From the NCBI RefSeq assembly GCF_009914755.1, contig NC_060928.1: 64,000 nt of DNA; one strand, given 5' to 3'. Shown in pieces: positions 57,400 to 64,000 of the stretch. The notes under the pieces were generated by a model. The model was not told the DNA's origin. It did not search any database and saw only the letters and a program-made list of their open reading frames with translations. The number at the start of each line of letters is the position of its first letter. The stretch's first letter is position 1. The DNA is from the human T2T-CHM13v2.0 reference genome, Homo sapiens. A program made the position numbers and the translations under genes.

Positions 57400-60009
57400 A
57401 CTATTCCTTGTTTTGTTAAACTGATAAATTCTATTTTTTCTAATGTACTTGGAGTTAGCATTTCTTTACATTGTAGCCAATAAGTTGTTTAAATTTTGAA
57501 ACTCAGTTCATTATTTTAATATTGTGTCCAACAAAATACTATCAGAGGATTTTACAAAATGCCATGATTTAGGAAAGATCATAAGTTTAAAACACATCAA
57601 CTAAAACAGATTAGTTATACTTTGGAAATATAGTTAGAAGAGAGAGAAACAAAGGACATCACAATAGACAGGATTAATACTTGAACACAATACACACAAA
57701 TATGCCACCCACACAAAAAGAATTATGAAGCCATACTCCAAATGGGAAGTTGTACCTGGGTGGAATTATATTTAACTAAGTTAGGAAGAGAAGAACTGAG
57801 AGAATGGTGTCTAAGAATTCTTAAGCAGATATTCATATATTTTTTGTAAAACATTTTTAAAGTTTACTTTACATATGGAATTGAGGTTAGAATGAATAAC
57901 TGTGCATATATGAATATTGAGCAATAGTACTGTTCAATGTTCCTGTTTTTGTCCCCAAAACATACTTCTCACAATGGCAGGCAGATTTTCAAAAAAGTAC
58001 AACTATCTACTTTATATATATTTTAGCATTATTTCTAATTTGGGATGTAGCAAATCTTTTAGGCAGATGGTTTGGTCTTCTATCCTTTACCCCTTTCACA
58101 GTATTTTCCCTCCTCTCATTCATTAGTATCCTTCTAAAAGTTTGCCAGTGCTCTTTTGCTCTTCTGATTTCTGTGGCACAGATCATTAATTGCTTATTTC
58201 CACACTAAATCTAACCCAAAGCCCAATATCCCTACTCTGCATTATTTTTTTTACAACAGTTACCATATCATGACATATTAGATTTGAATGAGGCATATCA
58301 CCTTTAAAGATGTTCAAGCTAAAGTACCTTTTTTTACTGGCAAACTTAAAAGTTTATCTATTTTACCACACTCTCTATTTCCATTTTTTGTTATTTTGTT
58401 CATAGTTTCTAACAGGAGAAGGATGGATGTCTTCCTAGGGCCTATTGTTTTCCAATAGAAAAAGATAGCATAATTTTGATGACGATGCAATGAATTTTTG
58501 AGATGACTTTATGGAATTAATATATAATTTATTTAATATTAACTGAGCTTATGTTATGAATCTACCTTCATTCCAGAGCTTATGTAATCACAAAACAAAT
58601 AGAAGACACGATCTGAAGATACTAGCAAAAAATGCATACTGTAAAAAAAACAAAATATAATAAAATTAGCACATATTCCAATTGGAAAAAAAAAGTGTAA
58701 AACGATTCTCTAAGAATACCAATTTGCAGCTATTTCATATAATATTTTTCTGTGTGTTCATACTCACTTTAAAAATTATACATATATATAAACATAATAA
58801 TGAAAACATTAAACCCTCTGATAACTTTGCCCTTGAAAGAACAGTAGTGGGGAAGAGGTCGTGGATAATATCACATTCAATAGAAAAGAAGGGAAACTAA
58901 ACAAAAGCAGTAGTAAGACAAAGGGAGAGAATTAGATTTCCCAGTTAACTGAACTTGACTGTTCAGTTAACATGTTTTGCTTGACATATAATTAGAGATG
59001 GAAGATATCATGGTTAACTAAATATCATTAGTATTATTATTGAAATTTGAATATAAAAAGTAATAGCTACCATAACCTTTTTTGGAAGGGGCCAGAATTC
59101 AAGAGAGATCAGCTAAGCTGAGAAGCTCAGGTCTTCTTGAGAGAGTATTAGGAACTCGTCCTTTAGTTAAGTGATTAACTGGCCAACCAGCTTTATGTAT
59201 GCTGAAACTATTTCAAAGCAAAAGATAAAATCAGGTAGCAGGAGTGGGCTGCTATGGCACACTGCATTTAGTTTCTCATAATGTTACTGAAATGAAATTT
59301 CAAAATTATTGTATTTGTAAATGATACTAGTTAATTTTACTTATGTGAAAAGTAGAAAAAAAGTTGCCTATCTACATATTCTATTGTTTTGAAAAATTGT
59401 TCCCAATTAAATTTCTCCTGTTTATTTAGCAAAAGGTAATATCAATATTCTAATTACTACTGTGGGTTTTAAAAATTATTATATAATTGGGAAAGGTATG
59501 TCTCAGTTGTATGGCAAAGTGAGCTTATGTTGTTTATCTTCCCAGTTTTTTGTTTGTTTGTTTGTTTGTCAGGGCCTGTCTCATCTCTATGTCTGGACCT
59601 GGGGCCTGCAATCATAGTGACTTTGCCTACCTGTATCTCCCCACATTCTACCAAGCTCCAACAAAAGGTGATCATGTGATTCATAATGGCCAATGAATAG
59701 GCAGACTTACACAGTTTGTTGTTTTCAAGGGTCTCTGGGCAAGGGAATGAGTGGGGCCTGAAATCTAGCCATGCTTCTCTCCCCAAGCTGTGTACCTTGG
59801 CATGGGGTATATATGCCCGAAGAAAGGTCGCCTTTTTCTAATTCTCATAAAGGCTCCATCTGCTTGCCAAGCTGTTCACCTGCAGGGCTGTATCCACCTA
59901 GTGGGGAAATCATTTGCTCATTTGTACAAAGGCTCTGGAGCCATATGGGCTAACGAAGGCCTTGCCAATGAGAGAACTCCCTACCCCTTGCCTCGGTGAC
60001 TGCTTCGTA

Positions 60010-60333
60010 GATGGACCCAAGCTCAAAGATGGACTCTCCTGGACTTTTATATGATAATTAGCTAGAAATGTTGCATTTAATGGTGACGGCTGCTAAGCTG
60101 AAAGGATGATTATAGCTATATTTCTCACTTTGTGGGGAGCATTAAGCAAATGCACAAAGGAAAGGAGAGCTGAGAGATGGAACAAGAGAGAACAAGCCTG
60201 GCTTGAACCCCTGAGTTCAGCCCTCACTGAAATCTCTACCAGCATCACCCAGTTACACAAGCCAATGGATTCTTTAATTAACTTGGTACAAGTTGAGTTT
60301 CTATTGTGTTCAAGTGAAAGAGTTCTGATATAC
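60010..60333 (+). mobile_element. Old MaLR LTR (MLT1J/K-like)
   Basis: CAGTTACACAAGCCAAT..CAAGTTGAGTTTCTATTGTGTTCAAGTGAAAGAGTTCTGATATACA end. Confidence 0.6.
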
Positions 60334-60674
60334 ACTAGTGGTATTAGTTCAGTTGTTAAAATTTACTGGAAGGACTGTTGTGCATAATGGAATATTGCAA
60401 TTCCCCCCTTAATAGTAGTGCTACTGGTTCCTGTGAAATAGCAGGCATCTGTTGCTCTGCAGTTTGAGCCTGTATGTAAAGGCTAATGTTTTCAGAGTAA
60501 GTGACTGATTATAGTGGGATGAAGTTAGTCAGGAAAGGATCTCTGAAGATAAATGAGTGCCTTTGCCTAATCCCAAGGTAATGAAGCTGGATTGGGTAAA
60601 AAGTGAAATAGGGTATTTCAGTTTGAGGAAATAACCTGAATAAAAGCACAGAGGAGCAAGTTAGAGACATATAT

Positions 60675-60809
60675 TATGACTCCTTTCAGTTGCAAGTGAA
60701 TAAATTTATTAGCTCAATATTGAAAATCTCTATGGGTAGTCTGGAATCAGGACTTGTATTTAGACATGATTGTCAAGAATCTCTCTCTCTCTCTCTCTCT
60801 GTGTATCTG

Positions 60810-60850
<41 letters not shown>

Positions 60851-61170
60851 TATAGGGATCAGCCTCCTCTCTGTTATTCTAACAAAATCTTAAGGTTATG
60901 CTGTGACTGATGCTCTTAGGTCATGGATCATGGGTCTAATCCTCACTAGACCAGATAGGCCAGGGAAATATGAGGCTCTGACCAGCATTGCCCTGACCAC
61001 AAGTTCAACCCTGGAGTGGAGGGTGGAGGCAGCACCATCTGACCTAACACACTGATAAGTGGTTGCCCAAAGAAAAGGGAGGGGGGCCTTACTAGAAAAG
61101 AAAGATTGGTGATGGGTAGGTAAACATCTAATGTCCATATAAGAGAGTAATGTCTGGCTATATGGCAAGG
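60675..61170 (-). mobile_element. Old MaLR LTR (MLT1K-like) containing a (CT)n(GT)n microsatellite at 60780-60848
   Basis: ACTCCTTTCAGTTGCAAGTGA start; GGCCAGGGAAATATGAGGCTCTGACCAG; microsatellite directly visible. Confidence 0.5.
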
Positions 61171-61779
61171 AGTGAGTGTATTAGACAGCATGGAAAATGA
61201 AGTTAGATAAATGAAGAGACCAAGTCCAGAAAATAGTCGAGTAGTTTAATTGTGAGGTATTTGAACAGCAATGCAGATACAAATGGAGTTTACGTATGGA
61301 ATCTGATTAGCAGTAGATAAATGTCTGTAAGCTTCTCTTGAACAGGGTGATTATGTAACTTGTATTCTAAGCTGGGATACTTTTGAGAGTAAAAGGGAAC
61401 AATCTTAGTGATTAGACTGAAAGAATGAGCATAAGTTGAGACTTTCCTCCAAAAAACTGGGGCAAATATTACCTTTCTTCTGAGCAAAGTGGTCAGAAAG
61501 AGTAGCTTACACACACATTTCATGTGTAGTACCATTTGACCCTGTTATCACAGCCAGAATCAATTCCAAGAATCTGTGACTATGCTTAAGGCAGTCACCC
61601 ATCACTGAACATAAGAGGGACCAGGTGATTGACAGAAAAATCTTTCCCAGTGTTGAATACTTTATCAGATGGTAATTTTCAAAGCCAGTTGGATCCCTTG
61701 AGAAGCTTTAGACACATATACACAGAGCAAAAGTGGTCAGAATAAAGGAGAATTTGAAAGAAACTCACAGGTAATGCAG

Positions 61780-62225
61780 TGTATTCATTGGTATAGGCTA
61801 AAGCTCTGCAAAAGATAGAACAAACTTATGCATCTCAAACAATAGAAGTTTCTTATCTCATTCCTGTGACAGTCCAAAGTGGGTATTCCTGGTCAGTGGG
61901 AAGCTCACAGCACAAAGTGATTCTGGGAGCAGGACTCTCCCACTTTGTGGCTCTGCTTTCCCCAAATTGCTCATTACCATTAGTAACAGCCAGCAGGACA
62001 GATAAGAGAATGGAAGAACCATAGTGTTTTTTTGAGACTTGGCCAGGAGTTAGTGATTCACATCATTTCCACTCATTTTTTGATTAATAAGAACTGGTCA
62101 AAGGAGATACCTAGATGCAAATTGGGGTTGGGGGTGGGATTAGGGGTCCTGGGAAATGTAGTATGGCAGGGACACCGGTACACAAGGGGACTTTTAGAGG
62201 CCAACTAGTCATCTTTGTCCCAGGC
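61780..62225 (-). mobile_element. Old MaLR LTR (MLT1I/L-like)
   Basis: ACAATAGAAGTTTCTTATCTCATTC; CACATCATTTCCACTCA..AAGAACTGGTCA..ACCTAGATGCAA..CTGGGAAATGTAGT. Confidence 0.55.
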
Positions 62226-62559
62226 CATAAGCAGAACCTTCAGCAAACAAAACCCAAGAGGTAGTGAGATGAACAGTGGTGAGTGAGTTAGAAATGGACA
62301 TTCACTTAACAAGCAGACACAGAAATATTGAGTGAGCCTTCTCAGCCTAACCTTTAAATATTGGTGTTTGAAGAGTCCCCTCCTAGCTTGCTTTCTGCTT
62401 AGAGCAGAGTTATTACATGCTTATATGCATTAATCTGGGGAAATTATCAAAGAATTTTGTGACTTGACCAAGCTTAGGAACCACTACTTTAAAGTCCCCA
62501 AGCAACACTGTCCACTTTTATGGCTTTGATTACACTTTTCACAGTGATGACTCCAGCAT

Positions 62560-64000
62560 CTGTCTCTCCAGTACAGATTCTCTCTTGAGCTCCAGTCTGG
62601 TACACATAGTAATATTGAATAGTACCACTCTGGTATCTCATAAACACAAACAACTCTGTATCCCCACACTGAATTCATCACTCTCTCTCATTATGCCTGC
62701 TCCCCTTGTATCTTCCATTACAGTGAACAGCACTACTATTCAGCCAGATGCTCAGAAAGGAAGCTTGGGACTCGCTCCTGAATCCCCTTTCATTCTCCCC
62801 GCTCAAATAATTGATCACGACTAGAGCTGAAGTTCTATGGCTGGAATCTACCCGTGTGTCTCCAGGCCGACTGCAAGTATCATAACCCAGCCTTTCTCAC
62901 CTAGGTTTTCACTGGAGCCTCGTAACTACTTCTGTTGCTGTTTATTCTTCACATTTTAGACAATGTGATCACTCTGCAGTAAATACATTACTAAATCACA
63001 TACCCAGTTTAAAACAGTTTTTTTTCATTATTACTTCCAGAAAAAGTCCTATTCTCCTTAACATAGCCTGTGAGACTCTTCTCAGCCAGCTTCCATTCAG
63101 GCAAACAGATTCCACATAAAGTAATCCAAAGGGGCAAACAGTTACAAAGAAGTTAAAAGAAAAGAGCAAACCATAATAAAGAGGCTGGAAGAAATTAAGA
63201 GAAACACAAGGGATCCTGAGTCAAACAGAAGTGCACAACAGGAAGAAGGCATTACCCCTCTAGGTTGGTGTGAGAAAAGAGCATGCGATGTTACCAGAAC
63301 CCAAAGTCAGGGATTACTGGCAGAAGTGGGAACTTGCCTGTTAGGAGGAGGGATTAGGGATGAGGAGAGCCTGGTGGTAGCTGGAATTGTGGAGAAGATG
63401 CAGCCTCTGCTGAGAAAGGGAAGCAAAACACCTTGGCTTCTCCTCTCCTGTCCTATAGTCTCAGGTGAGCACCCTCATCTCTGAACATAACTGCAAGCCA
63501 GCTGGTGGGGAAACCTGAGTAATGTATGTTGCAGAACACAAGAAGGTTGGGAAATGAATGTGCACAAAGCTTCAAATTCTGCCCCTTGCTTCCCTTTGTA
63601 GCCTCAGCCCTGGACACTGCTCCTTCTCTTGCATGCTCTAGACCTCACCTGACAGGCCTCATTTCAGTTCCTTAGTGCACTCTTTCTGGCTTCTCTGTGC
63701 TTGTGCACCCTGTAACCCCTAATTAGTGGGTTAGAGAAATCACCCTTTTGTCTTCTCTCACTTGCCTGAGTATCTCCTAACTGTGCTTTGGGTCTCAGCT
63801 TGGATATCACTCTTTTGGAAAGTCAGTTTTGGTCCCTGTAACTGGATTAGGTACCCAGGACATGAGCTCTTAATAACCTGTAAATCCCCATCATAGCATT
63901 TATTTTAACACTTCAAAGAATAATATAAAAATAGATTAGTCTTCTATTCACTTGTCATAATAAATTCTAGTGCGATCAAGGAAAGAGTTCCCTACCTGCT
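62560..64000 (+). mobile_element. L2 fragments interrupted by an unassigned LTR-like segment (~63090-63560)
   Basis: TCTCTTGAGCTCCAGTCT, CACTACTATTCAGCCAGATGCTCAG, TCTCAGCTTGGATATCAC; highly diverged. Confidence 0.5.

Overview
Primate (almost certainly human) AT-rich, gene-poor genomic DNA made mostly of interspersed repeats. I can support no spliced host protein-coding exon and no tRNA, rRNA or CRISPR feature, and I found no new biological system. The main landmarks are: (1) a ~10.7 kb same-strand nest of LINE-1 elements (18.9-29.7 kb). In it, an old L1M hosts an L1PA16/L1PB-like copy, which hosts a 5'-inverted L1PA4/5-like copy, which hosts a TSD-flanked COX7A2 processed pseudogene with an open 106-codon frame. 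From memory this matches COX7A2P2/COX7A3, which would place the window on chr4q22; this is unverified. (2) A decayed HERV-L provirus (gag-pro-pol-dUTPase plus 3' MLT2A LTR) lacking its 5' LTR (47.9-53.8 kb). (3) Many Alu, MIR, L2, MaLR LTR and DNA-transposon relics. The least routine structure is a ~390 bp piece of the old host L1's own flank lying inverted inside the younger L1 that interrupts it. Repeat subfamily names come from recalled consensus sequences, not a search. Boundaries without a TSD are approximate.
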